Source: a virus
Taxonomy: Duplodnaviria; Heunggongvirae; Uroviricota; Caudoviricetes
Virus record (IMG/VR): IMGVR_UViG_2778261087_000003
DNA: 64,000 nucleotides
Direction: 5' to 3' (one strand)
The position numbers and the translations under genes were made by a program. Below are positions 41,936-51,745 of this stretch, piece after piece. Position 1 is the stretch's first letter. Every line of letters begins with the position of its first letter. A model generated the notes under the pieces. It made no database searches. It saw nothing but the letters and a program-made list of their open reading frames with translations, and was not told the DNA's origin.

Positions 41936-42724
41936 ATGCTGGAAAAAGACTACCAGTTATCCGCATATAAAAAATTGTCCGCCGCCGGTGGGATGAAAAC
42001 ACCTGGTGCCATAACATCGGCACGAAACAGTGCTAACACAGCAAAACTGCTTGCAGAAGAATTGACCGGATTAATTCTGGATACAATTGTCTATCCCGAC
42101 ACTATTACCAGCTATGTTTCAACGATCAGAACAACCGCAACTGGTTTAACGAATATTGGAGGGCTGGCAACTCAGCACGCGGACCTGTTGGCTGGTTATG
42201 CTGATCTGTCAATGCTCCTTCAACTCGATATTGGTTGGGATGTTTACTGTCGTGCTAATGAGCGAGAAGTTTCAGAACTGCCGATCTCTATTGCCATTGG
42301 TGACGCGACTACAACGAAATCGCTTGAGGACTCTGTAAATGCGCTTAATACGTCGAGTTTAGTCGCTGCTATGGGGGACATTAACCAGACCCTTAACACA
42401 GGCTCAGGAAGCTCGTCAGGCTCTGATTCAGGTGGCGGCGCAGTCACTCCCCCACCAGCACTGACAGAACAACAAGTTGAAGCACTGAAGGAAGCAACTG
42501 AACAATTTGGTGCTTTTTTCGACCAGACAACAGTACCGGTAGCAGCATTGCAACAGCAGTATGAACGAGCGAAGGAAAGCGCCAGCGTAGCCATAACTGC
42601 TTATAACCATGCTATCGGTACCGCGCTTGCGGAAGCATCAGCAAATAAGGCCAGCACAGCCAGCGCAGTCGCCGCTTTGGTTCCTGATTCTGTTCTTGAT
42701 GAATTAAACAAAGCGGCACAGTAA
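41936..42724 (+). CDS. Hypothetical 262-aa Ala/Thr/Ser-rich protein downstream of the PAAR-like gene
   Basis: AGGAG RBS 6 nt upstream of internal ATG; starts 9 nt after the PAAR-like stop. Confidence 0.45.
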   Translation: MLEKDYQLSAYKKLSAAGGMKTPGAITSARNSANTAKLLAEELTGLILDTIVYPDTITSYVSTIRTTATGLTNIGGLATQHADLLAGYADLSMLLQLDIGWDVYCRANEREVSELPISIAIGDATTTKSLEDSVNALNTSSLVAAMGDINQTLNTGSGSSSGSDSGGGAVTPPPALTEQQVEALKEATEQFGAFFDQTTVPVAALQQQYERAKESASVAITAYNHAIGTALAEASANKASTASAVAALVPDSVLDELNKAAQ

Positions 42725-42763
42725 CAAAGGACTTCATTGATAATTTTTCTTCAGGAGGAAGAC

Positions 42764-43186
42764 ATGTCATTCTTTTCTACGTTAAAAACAGCTTTGTCTT
42801 TGAAGGAGAAACTTGCTGCTACTGGTGTTCTTGTTCTGATTTGCGCACTTGTTGGTGCCGGGTTTGCATGGGAACGTCATCAGCTAAAGCAAGCCTTGGA
42901 TAAAATTGGCAGTCTTGATCAGGCTGTTAAGGAACGTGATAAGTCAATAATGGATCTTAACCAGACCATTGAGACGATGAACAAAGCAGATCAACATTTT
43001 CACAGCCAGGAAGTGAAAAATGAATCAGAACAAGCCAAGTATGCTGACAGGCAAATGGAACGAAAAGCAGAAGTTCAGAAACAACTGGTTGCGGCGGGTA
43101 ATGTTCGCCAGCGCATTCCTGCTGACACTCAGCGGTTGCTCCGGGAGTCGATCAGCGAATTTAACGCCGACGCCGACAAAGGTTAA
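42764..43186 (+). CDS. i-spanin-like protein (N-terminal TM helix plus periplasmic coiled coil), 140 aa
   Basis: AGGAGG RBS; TM segment ATGVLVLICALVGAGFAW then charged helical domain. Confidence 0.45.
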   Translation: MSFFSTLKTALSLKEKLAATGVLVLICALVGAGFAWERHQLKQALDKIGSLDQAVKERDKSIMDLNQTIETMNKADQHFHSQEVKNESEQAKYADRQMERKAEVQKQLVAAGNVRQRIPADTQRLLRESISEFNADADKG

Positions 43187-43352
43187 CCACCCTGCCCCCA
43201 AAAGTGCGTTTATGTGCAGGATGCCAGAGTTTAGCAGTGAATATTTTGATGATCTGCCAGCGTATATCCTCGATACAGAAACGATGCTGATGGGGATTAA
43301 CAGGAAGAATCGCAACGTCAATGATTACAACCGTGCTATCAGCGGTAACTAA
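43020..43352 (+). CDS. o-spanin-like lipoprotein overlapping the i-spanin-like gene in another frame
   Basis: Signal peptide with lipobox LTLSGC, Pro-rich mature part; starts inside and ends beyond 42764..43186. Confidence 0.45.
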   Translation: MNQNKPSMLTGKWNEKQKFRNNWLRRVMFASAFLLTLSGCSGSRSANLTPTPTKVNHPAPKSAFMCRMPEFSSEYFDDLPAYILDTETMLMGINRKNRNVNDYNRAISGN

Positions 43353-43363
43353 AAGGAAAAACT

Positions 43364-43723
43364 ATGTCCGATATGGAAATTGAAAAAGAGATTCTGGCCA
43401 AAGGCAAAACAGCACCACGCCTGACTCCTGATCACATCGAGAGTGTGATTGCCGAAGAGCATTATTTCACAGCTTTTGACGGCATTCGCGCTGCGCATGA
43501 AGGCGTTCGTGAGGTGCTGTCTGTTCATCCCTCTACGCGTAGCCTGACCATCTGTGTCTTGGTGCTGTGCAATGGATTCATTGTTACCGGGGAAAGCGCC
43601 TGTGCCAGCCCTAAAAATTTCGACGCGGAGATTGGCCGTAAGGTGGCCCGTAAGAACGCCATTGAGAAAATCTGGCCGCTGGAAGGTTATCTGCTGAAGC
43701 AAAAGCTCAGCGAGCAGATTTAA
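43364..43723 (+). CDS. Gp49-like small phage protein, 119 aa
   Basis: CNGFIVTGESACASPKNFDAEIGRKVA ... KIWPLEGY pattern. Confidence 0.4.
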   Translation: MSDMEIEKEILAKGKTAPRLTPDHIESVIAEEHYFTAFDGIRAAHEGVREVLSVHPSTRSLTICVLVLCNGFIVTGESACASPKNFDAEIGRKVARKNAIEKIWPLEGYLLKQKLSEQI

Positions 43724-43793
43724 TCAACTGTAGAAATCGTAATATCAACACTCATGACTTTACTTTGGCAGGAAGCCACTAAGGACAAACAAC

Positions 43794-44195
43794 ATGTTTG
43801 CGGTTAAACAAGAAATAAACAACGCTACTTCTTTGTTCGAAATTGAGAGTATTACCGTTGGATATCCTGGGTCAGATCAATTTAAACAGGCGTTCGAGAT
43901 TGCTGAAGAACTGGGTATCAAAACGCCTGATGCGATTGAATATATCCCTGTTGCGTACGAAGATGAGGAGATGACAAAGGCAATCGGGGAAGAGCAAACT
44001 TTGAGTACAGAGCGTAAGGATGTACAGCGGGATGACTGTATCGCCGTGATTTGCTCTGGGGTTGCTTCTGAAATGTTCCCCGACCTCCCTGCCATAGGAG
44101 GTGTTGGTTATCAATTCCTCTACAAAGGTGATACGTTACGCATCTATACAAGTAGTTTGTTGATCGAAGAAGTAGGTACGGAAAACGACAACTAA
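43794..44195 (+). CDS. Hypothetical acidic 133-aa protein upstream of oriR
   Basis: ORF with no recognisable domain. Confidence 0.4.
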   Translation: MFAVKQEINNATSLFEIESITVGYPGSDQFKQAFEIAEELGIKTPDAIEYIPVAYEDEEMTKAIGEEQTLSTERKDVQRDDCIAVICSGVASEMFPDLPAIGGVGYQFLYKGDTLRIYTSSLLIEEVGTENDN

Positions 44196-44245
44196 TTCGC
44201 TTCAACTCTTCACAGAAATCGGTCCTCAGTGGCCGGTTTTTCACT

Positions 44246-44465
44246 TATCCACATTATCCACTGGGTAGATCCAATAATTAGGTCCATACAGATCCCAATT
44301 AGATCCATATAGATCCCTGATCGTTGCAGGCCGCGCCACGTCTGGCTTAGAGGTGTATCGCGATGTGTGCTGGAGGGAAAACGATGTGTGCTGGAGGGAT
44401 AAAAATGTGTGCTGACGGGTTGCTAATGTGTGCTGGCGGGATATAGGATGTGTGCTGACGGGAAA
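44246..44465. other. oriR plasmid origin: tandem DnaA boxes, five GATC heptamers, five 19-bp RepA iterons
   Basis: TTATCCACA and TTATCCACT at 44246-44263; five GATC at 44268-44323; (g/a)atgtgtgctg(g/a)(a/c)ggg iterons at 44362-44465. Confidence 0.9.
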
Positions 44466-44521
44466 GCCTGGGTAGTTATCACCACTTATAAAAGCTATCC
44501 ACATAATTCGGAAAAAGTAAT

Positions 44522-45382
44522 ATGAATCAATCTTTTATCTCCGATATTCTTTACGCAGACATTGAAAGTAAGGCAAAAGAACTAACAGTTAATTCAAACA
44601 ACACTGTGCAGCCTGTAGCGTTGATGCGCTTGGGGGTATTCGTGCCGAAGCCATCAAAGAGCAAAGGAGAAAGTAAAGAGATTGATGCCACCAAAGCGTT
44701 TTCCCAGCTGGAGATAGCTAAAGCCGAGGGTTACGATGATATTAAAATCACCGGTCCTCGACTCGATATGGATACTGATTTCAAAACGTGGATCGGTGTC
44801 ATCTACGCGTTCAGCAAATACGGCTTGTCCTCAAACACCATCCAGTTATCGTTTCAGGAATTCGCTAAAGCCTGTGGTTTCCCCTCAAAACGTCTGGATG
44901 CGAAACTGCGTTTAACCATTCATGAATCACTTGGACGCTTGCGTAACAAGGGTATCGCTTTTAAGCGCGGAAAAGATGCTAAAGGCGGCTATCAGACTGG
45001 TCTGCTTAAGGTCGGGCGTTTTGATGCTGACCTTGATCTGATAGAGCTGGAGGCTGATTCGAAGCTGTGGGAGCTGTTCCAGCTTGATTATCGCGTTCTG
45101 TTGCAACACCACGCCTTGCGTGCCCTTCCGAAGAAAGAAGCTGCACAAGCCATTTACACTTTCATCGAAAGCCTTCCGCAGAACCCGTTGCCGCTATCGT
45201 TCGCGCGAATCCGTGAGCGCCTGGCTTTGCAGTCAGCTGTTGGCGAGCAAAACCGTATCATTAAGAAAGCGATAGAACAGCTTAAAACAATCGGTTATCT
45301 CGACTGTTCAATTGAGAAGAAAGGCCGGGAAAGTTTTGTAATCGTCCATTCTCGCAATCCAAAGCTGAAACTTCCCGAATAA
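44522..45382 (+). CDS. repA: RepA plasmid replication initiator, 286 aa
   Basis: 286 aa flanked by iteron arrays on both sides. Confidence 0.93.
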   Translation: MNQSFISDILYADIESKAKELTVNSNNTVQPVALMRLGVFVPKPSKSKGESKEIDATKAFSQLEIAKAEGYDDIKITGPRLDMDTDFKTWIGVIYAFSKYGLSSNTIQLSFQEFAKACGFPSKRLDAKLRLTIHESLGRLRNKGIAFKRGKDAKGGYQTGLLKVGRFDADLDLIELEADSKLWELFQLDYRVLLQHHALRALPKKEAAQAIYTFIESLPQNPLPLSFARIRERLALQSAVGEQNRIIKKAIEQLKTIGYLDCSIEKKGRESFVIVHSRNPKLKLPE

Positions 45383-45667
45383 GTGTGTGCTGGAGGGCAG
45401 CTGCATTCAAAAAATGTGTGCTGCCGGGAAGGCTTGTCCAATTTCCCGTTTTTGATGTGCGCTGGAGGGGGACGCCCCGCAGTTTGCTCAGACTTTCCCT
45501 CCAGCACACATCTGTCCATCCGTTTTTCCCTCCAGTGCACATGTAATTCTCTGTCTTTCCCTCCAGCACACATATTTGATACCAGCGATCCCTCCACAGC
45601 ACATAATTCAATGCGACTTCCCTCTATCGCACATCTTAGACTTTTATTATCCCTCCAGCACACATCG
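45383..45667. repeat. incA copy-number control locus: nine RepA iterons (three forward, six reverse)
   Basis: Nine copies of the tgtgtgctggaggg core or its complement counted in sequence. Confidence 0.9.
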
Positions 45668-45939
45668 AAGCTGCCGGGCAAGCCGTTCTCACCAGTTGAT
45701 AGAGAGTGAAGCCTGGCTACCCGTTGAAGCAGGAAATCACCAAAATGATTCAGGCTACAACCTGAACATAGAAGAAATCCGCGTCCTTTATGCGTGGAGG
45801 ATGCCAAAGCATGTTGTGACACACTTGGCAAAGGAGTAAACATGCAGAGAATGCTATGTACAAGCATCTACGCATACATTATTATTTTATGCAGCATTTT
45901 TAATTAAATTCAAAAATACAGCATAAAGGATGACTTTCG

Positions 45940-47136
45940 ATGAGTGATTCCAGCCAGCTTCACAAGGTTGCTCAAAGAGCAAACAGAATGCTCAATGTTC
46001 TGACTGAACAAGTACAGTTGCAAAAGGATGAGCTACACGCGAACGAGTTTTACCAGGTCTATGCGAAAGCGGCACTGGCAAAATTGCCTCTACTGACTCG
46101 AGCGAACGTTGACTATGCCGTAAGTGAAATGGAAGAAAAGGGTTATGTTTTCGATAAACGCCCTGCTGGCTCTTCAATGAAATATGCGATGTCAATTCAG
46201 AACATCATTGACATATATGAACATCGCGGAGTGCCAAAATACCGGGATCGCTACAGCGAAGCGTATGTGATTTTCATCTCCAATCTTAAAGGCGGTGTGT
46301 CAAAAACTGTATCGACGGTTTCTCTGGCGCATGCAATGCGTGCTCACCCTCATCTTCTGATGGAAGATTTAAGGATTCTGGTTATTGACCTTGATCCGCA
46401 ATCTTCAGCAACGATGTTTTTAAGCCATAAACACTCTATTGGTATCGTAAACGCAACATCTGCACAGGCTATGTTGCAGAATGTAAGCCGTGAAGAGCTG
46501 TTAGAGGAGTTTATTGTTCCTTCTGTTGTACCTGGGGTTGACGTTATGCCTGCGTCGATTGACGATGCCTTTATTGCATCCGATTGGAGAGAGCTGTGCA
46601 ATGAGCATCTACCGGGTCAGAACATCCATGCAGTCCTGAAAGAAAATGTGATTGATAAGCTGAAGAGCGATTATGACTTTATCCTCGTTGATAGTGGTCC
46701 TCACCTTGACGCCTTCCTGAAAAATGCTTTGGCCTCGGCCAATATACTGTTTACACCTCTGCCGCCTGCAACGGTTGATTTCCACTCATCGCTTAAATAC
46801 GTTGCCCGCCTTCCTGAGTTGGTGAAACTCATTTCGGATGAAGGCTGCGAGTGCCAGCTTGCGACTAACATTGGTTTTATGTCCAAGTTGAGTAACAAGG
46901 CAGACCATAAGTATTGCCATAGCCTGGCTAAAGAAGTGTTCGGTGGGGATATGCTTGATGTCGTCCTCCCTCGCCTTGACGGTTTTGAACGCTGCGGCGA
47001 GTCTTTTGACACTGTTATTTCAGCTAACCCTGCAACGTATGTTGGTAGTGCTGATGCATTGAAGAACGCGCGAATTGCCGCGGAAGATTTTGCTAAAGCA
47101 GTTTTTGACCGTATTGAATTTATCAGATCTAACTGA
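45940..47136 (+). CDS. parA: ParA partition ATPase, 398 aa
   Basis: Deviant Walker A KGGVSKT; 398 aa; upstream of parB. Confidence 0.92.
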   Translation: MSDSSQLHKVAQRANRMLNVLTEQVQLQKDELHANEFYQVYAKAALAKLPLLTRANVDYAVSEMEEKGYVFDKRPAGSSMKYAMSIQNIIDIYEHRGVPKYRDRYSEAYVIFISNLKGGVSKTVSTVSLAHAMRAHPHLLMEDLRILVIDLDPQSSATMFLSHKHSIGIVNATSAQAMLQNVSREELLEEFIVPSVVPGVDVMPASIDDAFIASDWRELCNEHLPGQNIHAVLKENVIDKLKSDYDFILVDSGPHLDAFLKNALASANILFTPLPPATVDFHSSLKYVARLPELVKLISDEGCECQLATNIGFMSKLSNKADHKYCHSLAKEVFGGDMLDVVLPRLDGFERCGESFDTVISANPATYVGSADALKNARIAAEDFAKAVFDRIEFIRSN

Positions 47137-47152
47137 GGAGTAAGAAACCCCC

Positions 47153-48154
47153 ATGTCAAAGAAAAACAGACCAACAATTGGGCGAACCCTTAATCCTTCA
47201 ATATTAAGCGGATTTGATAGTTCTTCAGCCTCTGGCGATCGAGTCGAGCAGGTATTCAAGTTATCAACTGGTCGCCAGGCCACATTTATTGAAGAGGTAA
47301 TACCTCCGAACCAGGTAGAAAGCGATACCTTTGTTGATCAGCATAACAACGGGCGTGACCAGGCATCTCTTACGCCAAAATCATTAAAAAGTATCCGAAG
47401 CACTATTAAGCATCAGCAATTTTACCCTGCAATAGGTGTTAGACGGGCTACAGGGAAAATTGAAATTTTGGATGGTTCCCGGCGTCGAGCTTCTGCCATC
47501 TTAGAGAACGTAGGGTTGCGGGTTTTAGTCACGGACCAGGAGATCAGCGTTCAGGAAGCGCAAAATTTAGCGAAAGACGTTCAGACAGCATTGCAGCACA
47601 GCATTCGAGAAATAGGTCTGCGTTTGATGCGAATGAAAAATGATGGGATGAGTCAGAAGGATATTGCAGCCAAAGAAGGGCTGTCTCAGGCGAAGGTCAC
47701 GCGTGCTCTCCAGGCAGCGAGTGCTCCGGAAGAATTAGTCGCCCTTTTCCCTGTGCAGTCAGAATTAACCTTTTCGGACTACAAAACGCTTTGTGCTGTT
47801 GGCGACGAAATGGGGAACAAGAATTTAGAGTTTGATCAGCTTATTCAAAACATATCCCCGGAAATAAACGGCATCTTATCCATTGAAGAAATGGCCGAAG
47901 ATGAAGTTAAAAATAAAATCCTGCGCTTGATAACAAAGGAAGCCTCACTACTCACGGATAAAGGTTCTAAAGATAAGTCCGTAGTTACTGAATTATGGAA
48001 ATTTGAGGACAAGGATCGCTTTGCAAGGAAGCGCGTGAAAGGCCGTGCATTTTCTTATGAGTTTAATCGACTTTCAAAAGAGCTACAGGAAGAACTCGAC
48101 AGGATGATTGGGCATATCCTTAGAAAGAGCCTCGATAAAAAGCCGAAGCCTTAA
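47153..48154 (+). CDS. parB: ParB partition protein, 333 aa
   Basis: 333 aa; followed directly by parS. Confidence 0.9.
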   Translation: MSKKNRPTIGRTLNPSILSGFDSSSASGDRVEQVFKLSTGRQATFIEEVIPPNQVESDTFVDQHNNGRDQASLTPKSLKSIRSTIKHQQFYPAIGVRRATGKIEILDGSRRRASAILENVGLRVLVTDQEISVQEAQNLAKDVQTALQHSIREIGLRLMRMKNDGMSQKDIAAKEGLSQAKVTRALQAASAPEELVALFPVQSELTFSDYKTLCAVGDEMGNKNLEFDQLIQNISPEINGILSIEEMAEDEVKNKILRLITKEASLLTDKGSKDKSVVTELWKFEDKDRFARKRVKGRAFSYEFNRLSKELQEELDRMIGHILRKSLDKKPKP

Positions 48155-48255
48155 ACTTTCGCCATTCAAATTTCACTATTAACTGACTATTTTTAAAGTA
48201 AATTACTCTAAAATTTCAAGGTGAAATCGCCACGATTTCACCTTGGATTTTACCT
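48155..48255. other. parS centromere (box A ATTTCAC/ATTTCAA and box B TCGCCA motifs around an AT-rich bend)
   Basis: TCGCCA at 48159 and 48236; ATTTCAC-type heptamers at 48170, 48223, 48231 (reverse), 48245. Confidence 0.85.
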
Positions 48256-48307
48256 TCCTCCCCTCCTCCCGAAAAAAATAAAAAAATTGCTTGTCACGAG
48301 AAAGTCA

Positions 48308-48330
48308 ACAAGTGACTTTCAATAAAATCT
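48308..48330 (+). promoter_or_regulatory. Late-promoter-like motif (CAACAAGTGACT-N5-TAAAAT)
   Basis: Recurrent motif; precedes the head/sheath/tube-like block. Confidence 0.4.
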
Positions 48331-48358
48331 CTTCCGAAAAGGGATTCACACAAGTGCC

Positions 48359-50086
48359 TTGTGTTTAAGGAAGAGTAAATTGAGTAACTTACGCGAATAC
48401 CAGAATCGTATTGCAGATATCGCAAAACGCTCTAAAGCTGTGCTTGGCTGGGCAAGCACTGCGCAGTTCGGTACTGATAACCAATTCATTAAAGATGATG
48501 CCGCGCGTGCCGCATCTATCCTTGAAGCTGCACGTAAAGACCCGGTTTTTGCGGGTATCTCTGATAATGCCACCGCTCAAATCGCTACAGCGTGGGCAAG
48601 TGCACTGGCTGACTACGCCGCAGCACATAAATCTATGCCGCGTCCGGAAATTCTGGCCTCCTGCCACCAGACGCTGGAAAACTGCCTGATTGAGTCCACC
48701 CGCAATAGCATGGATGCCACTAATAAAGCGATGCTGGAATCCGTCGCAGCAGAGATGATGAGCGTTTCTGACGGTGTTATGCGTCTGCCTTTATTCCTCG
48801 CGATGATCCTGCCTGTTCAGTTGGGGGCAGCTACCGCTGATGCGTGTACCTTCATTCCGGTTACGCGTGACCAGTCCGACATCTATGAAGTCTTTAACGT
48901 GGCAGGTTCCTCTTTTGGTTCTTATGCTGCTGGTGATGTTCTGGACATGCAATCCGTCGGTGTGTACAGCCAGTTACGCCGCCGCTATGTGCTGGTGGCA
49001 AGCTCCGATGGCACCAGCAAAACCGCAACCTTCAAGATGGAAGACTTCGAAGGCCAGAATGTACCAATCCGAAAAGGTCGCACTAATATCTACGTTAACC
49101 GTATTAAGTCTGTTGTTGATAACGGTTCCGGCAGCCTACTTCACTCGTTTACTAATGCTGCTGGTGAGCAAATCACTGTTACCTGCTCTCTGAACTACAA
49201 CATTGGTCAGATTGCCCTGTCGTTCTCCAAAGCGCCGGATAAAGGCACTGAGATCGCAATTGAGACGGAAATCAATATTGAAGCCGCTCCTGAGCTGATC
49301 CCGCTGATCAACCACGAAATGAAGAAATACACCCTGTTCCCAAGCCAGTTCGTTATCGCGGCTGAGCACACGGTACAGGCGGCGTATGAAGCACAGCGTG
49401 AATTTGGTCTGGACCTGGGTTCCCTACAGTTCCGCACCCTGAAGGAATACCTGTCTCATGAACAGGATATGCTGCGTCTTCGCATCATGATCTGGCGTAC
49501 TCTTGCGACCGACACCTTTGACATCGCTCTGCCGGTTAACCAGTCCTTTGATGTATGGGCAACCATCATTCGTGGCAAATTCCAGACTGTATATCGCGAC
49601 ATTATTGAGCGCGTTAAATCTTCTGGTGCGATGGGGATGTTTGCTGGTGCTGATGCAGCATCTTTCTTCAAACAGTTGCCGAAGGATTTCTTCCAGCCAG
49701 CCGAAGACTATATCCAGACTCCGTATGTTCACTACATCGGTACCCTGTTCGGTAACGTGAAAGTGTACGAAGTACCTGCTGGTATTTGTAAGAACTTAAC
49801 GACAGAGAACATTCAGTTCAGCTCGATGGATGTGCTGTGCTACGTCCGTGATGAAAATCCGGGTAAAGCAGGCTTTGTGACTGGTGATGCTGTCCCGGCT
49901 ATCCCGTTCCAGCATCCGACCACTCCGGCGCTGGTCAACCGTACCACACTGTGGGGTTCGGCTATCAACGATATGCACCCACGCAACGGCGCTGATTACT
50001 TCACTCGTGTAACGCTGACAATGGCCAAAAAAGGCGGGCTTAACTTTATAAGCGGCGACACGATTGATGCCGGTGACTCTGAGTAA
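48359..50086 (+). CDS. Putative major head protein, 575 aa (TTG start in track; alternative TTG at 48380 has a better RBS)
   Basis: Large late ORF after the late motif; size near the P1 major head protein; no motif proof. Confidence 0.45.
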   Translation: MCLRKSKLSNLREYQNRIADIAKRSKAVLGWASTAQFGTDNQFIKDDAARAASILEAARKDPVFAGISDNATAQIATAWASALADYAAAHKSMPRPEILASCHQTLENCLIESTRNSMDATNKAMLESVAAEMMSVSDGVMRLPLFLAMILPVQLGAATADACTFIPVTRDQSDIYEVFNVAGSSFGSYAAGDVLDMQSVGVYSQLRRRYVLVASSDGTSKTATFKMEDFEGQNVPIRKGRTNIYVNRIKSVVDNGSGSLLHSFTNAAGEQITVTCSLNYNIGQIALSFSKAPDKGTEIAIETEINIEAAPELIPLINHEMKKYTLFPSQFVIAAEHTVQAAYEAQREFGLDLGSLQFRTLKEYLSHEQDMLRLRIMIWRTLATDTFDIALPVNQSFDVWATIIRGKFQTVYRDIIERVKSSGAMGMFAGADAASFFKQLPKDFFQPAEDYIQTPYVHYIGTLFGNVKVYEVPAGICKNLTTENIQFSSMDVLCYVRDENPGKAGFVTGDAVPAIPFQHPTTPALVNRTTLWGSAINDMHPRNGADYFTRVTLTMAKKGGLNFISGDTIDAGDSE

Positions 50087-50146
50087 TCAGGGGAAGTTCT
50101 CCGTTTAACATAGCGCCCCCGTGCGGGGCGCATAACAGGGAAAGTT

Positions 50147-51736
50147 ATGTCTCAATATTCAATTCAACAGTCATTAGGTAATGCATCCGGCGTCGCTGTT
50201 AGCCCGATCAATGCCGATGCGACGTTATCTACCGGTGTTGCATTAAATAGCAGCTTGTGGGCTGGTATTGGCGTATTTGCGCGTGGCAAGCCGTTTACTG
50301 TTCTTGCGGTTACTGAGTCCAATTACGAAGATGTTCTCGGCGAACCGCTGAAGCCGTCTTCCGGCTCACAGTTCGAACCAATTCGCCATGTGTACGAAGC
50401 TATTCAGCAAACGTCTGGTTATGTTGTTCGCGCTGTTCCGGATGATGCGAAGTTCCCGATTATTATGTTCGATGAATCAGGCGAACCGGCTTACAGTGCG
50501 TTGCCATACGGTTCTGAAATTGAACTTGATAGTGGCGAAGCCTTTGCTATCTACGTTGATGATGGTGATCCGTGTATTTCACCTACCCGTGAGTTAACCA
50601 TCGAAACGGCAACAGCGGACAGCGCGGGTAATGAACGCTTCCTCTTAAAACTGACCCAGACGACTTCGCTCGGCGTGGTAACGACCCTGGAGACACACAC
50701 TGTGTCTTTGGCGGAAGAAGCGAAAGATGACATGGGCCGCTTGTGTTATCTGCCTACGGCTCTGGAAGCCCGTTCTAAATATCTGCGCGCGGTTGTTAAT
50801 GAAGAGCTGATTTCGACAGCGAAAGTAACAAACAAAAAATCGTTGGCGTTCACTGGCGGTACCAACGGCGATCAGTCGAAAATCTCAACCGCTGCGTACC
50901 TGCGTGCGGTGAAAGTGCTGAACAATGCGCCGTACATGTACACCGCTGTTCTCGGCCTGGGTTGCTATGACAATGCGGCGATCACTGCGTTAGGTAATAT
51001 CTGTTCTGATCGCTTGATTGATGGCTTCTTTGATGTCAAACCGACATTGACGTACACGGAAGCGATCTCTGCTGTTGAAGATACCGGTTTACTTGGTACC
51101 GATTATGTAAGCTGTGCTGTCTATCATTTCCCGTTCTCCTGCAAAGACAAATGGACCCAATCCCGCGTGGTCTTCGGTCTGTCTGGCGCGGCGTATGCGG
51201 CGAAAGCTCGTGGCGTCAAGAAAAACTCCGATGTCGGCGGTTGGCATTACTCACCGGCTGGTGAAGAACGTGCCGTCATTGCTCGTGCATCACTTCAGCC
51301 GCTGTATCCTGAAGACACCCCGGACGAAGAAGCTATGGTCAAGGGCCGACTCAATAAAGTATCTGTAGGTACTTCGGGCCAGATGATCATCGATGATGCT
51401 TTAACTTGCTGCACGCAGGACAACTATCTGCATTTCCAGCACGTCCCATCCCTGATGAACGCAATCAGCCGTTTCTTTGTCCAGTTAGCCCGACAGATGA
51501 AGCATAACCCGGACGGCATTACTGAGTCTGGCCTGACTAAAGGGATGACCAAACTTTTGGATCGCTTTGTCGCCTCCGGCGCTCTGGTGGCTCCTCGTGA
51601 TCCTGATGCTGACGGTACAGAACCGTATGTGCTGAAAGTTACGCAGGCGGAATTCGATAAATGGGAAGTAGTCTGGGCCTGCTGCCCGACTGGCGTAGCC
51701 CGTCGTATCCAGGGCGTACCGCTGCTTATTAAGTAA
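50147..51736 (+). CDS. Putative contractile tail sheath protein, 529 aa
   Basis: Size and position upstream of a tube-like gene; AGGGAAAG RBS. Confidence 0.45.
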   Translation: MSQYSIQQSLGNASGVAVSPINADATLSTGVALNSSLWAGIGVFARGKPFTVLAVTESNYEDVLGEPLKPSSGSQFEPIRHVYEAIQQTSGYVVRAVPDDAKFPIIMFDESGEPAYSALPYGSEIELDSGEAFAIYVDDGDPCISPTRELTIETATADSAGNERFLLKLTQTTSLGVVTTLETHTVSLAEEAKDDMGRLCYLPTALEARSKYLRAVVNEELISTAKVTNKKSLAFTGGTNGDQSKISTAAYLRAVKVLNNAPYMYTAVLGLGCYDNAAITALGNICSDRLIDGFFDVKPTLTYTEAISAVEDTGLLGTDYVSCAVYHFPFSCKDKWTQSRVVFGLSGAAYAAKARGVKKNSDVGGWHYSPAGEERAVIARASLQPLYPEDTPDEEAMVKGRLNKVSVGTSGQMIIDDALTCCTQDNYLHFQHVPSLMNAISRFFVQLARQMKHNPDGITESGLTKGMTKLLDRFVASGALVAPRDPDADGTEPYVLKVTQAEFDKWEVVWACCPTGVARRIQGVPLLIK

Positions 51737-51745
51737 GGAAATACA

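Noticed and set aside
44362-45667. Direct-repeat arrays that could be mistaken for a CRISPR array
   Set aside because: The repeats are 19-bp RepA iterons in two orientations with irregular spacing flanking repA, and no cas genes are present; they are the oriR and incA loci.
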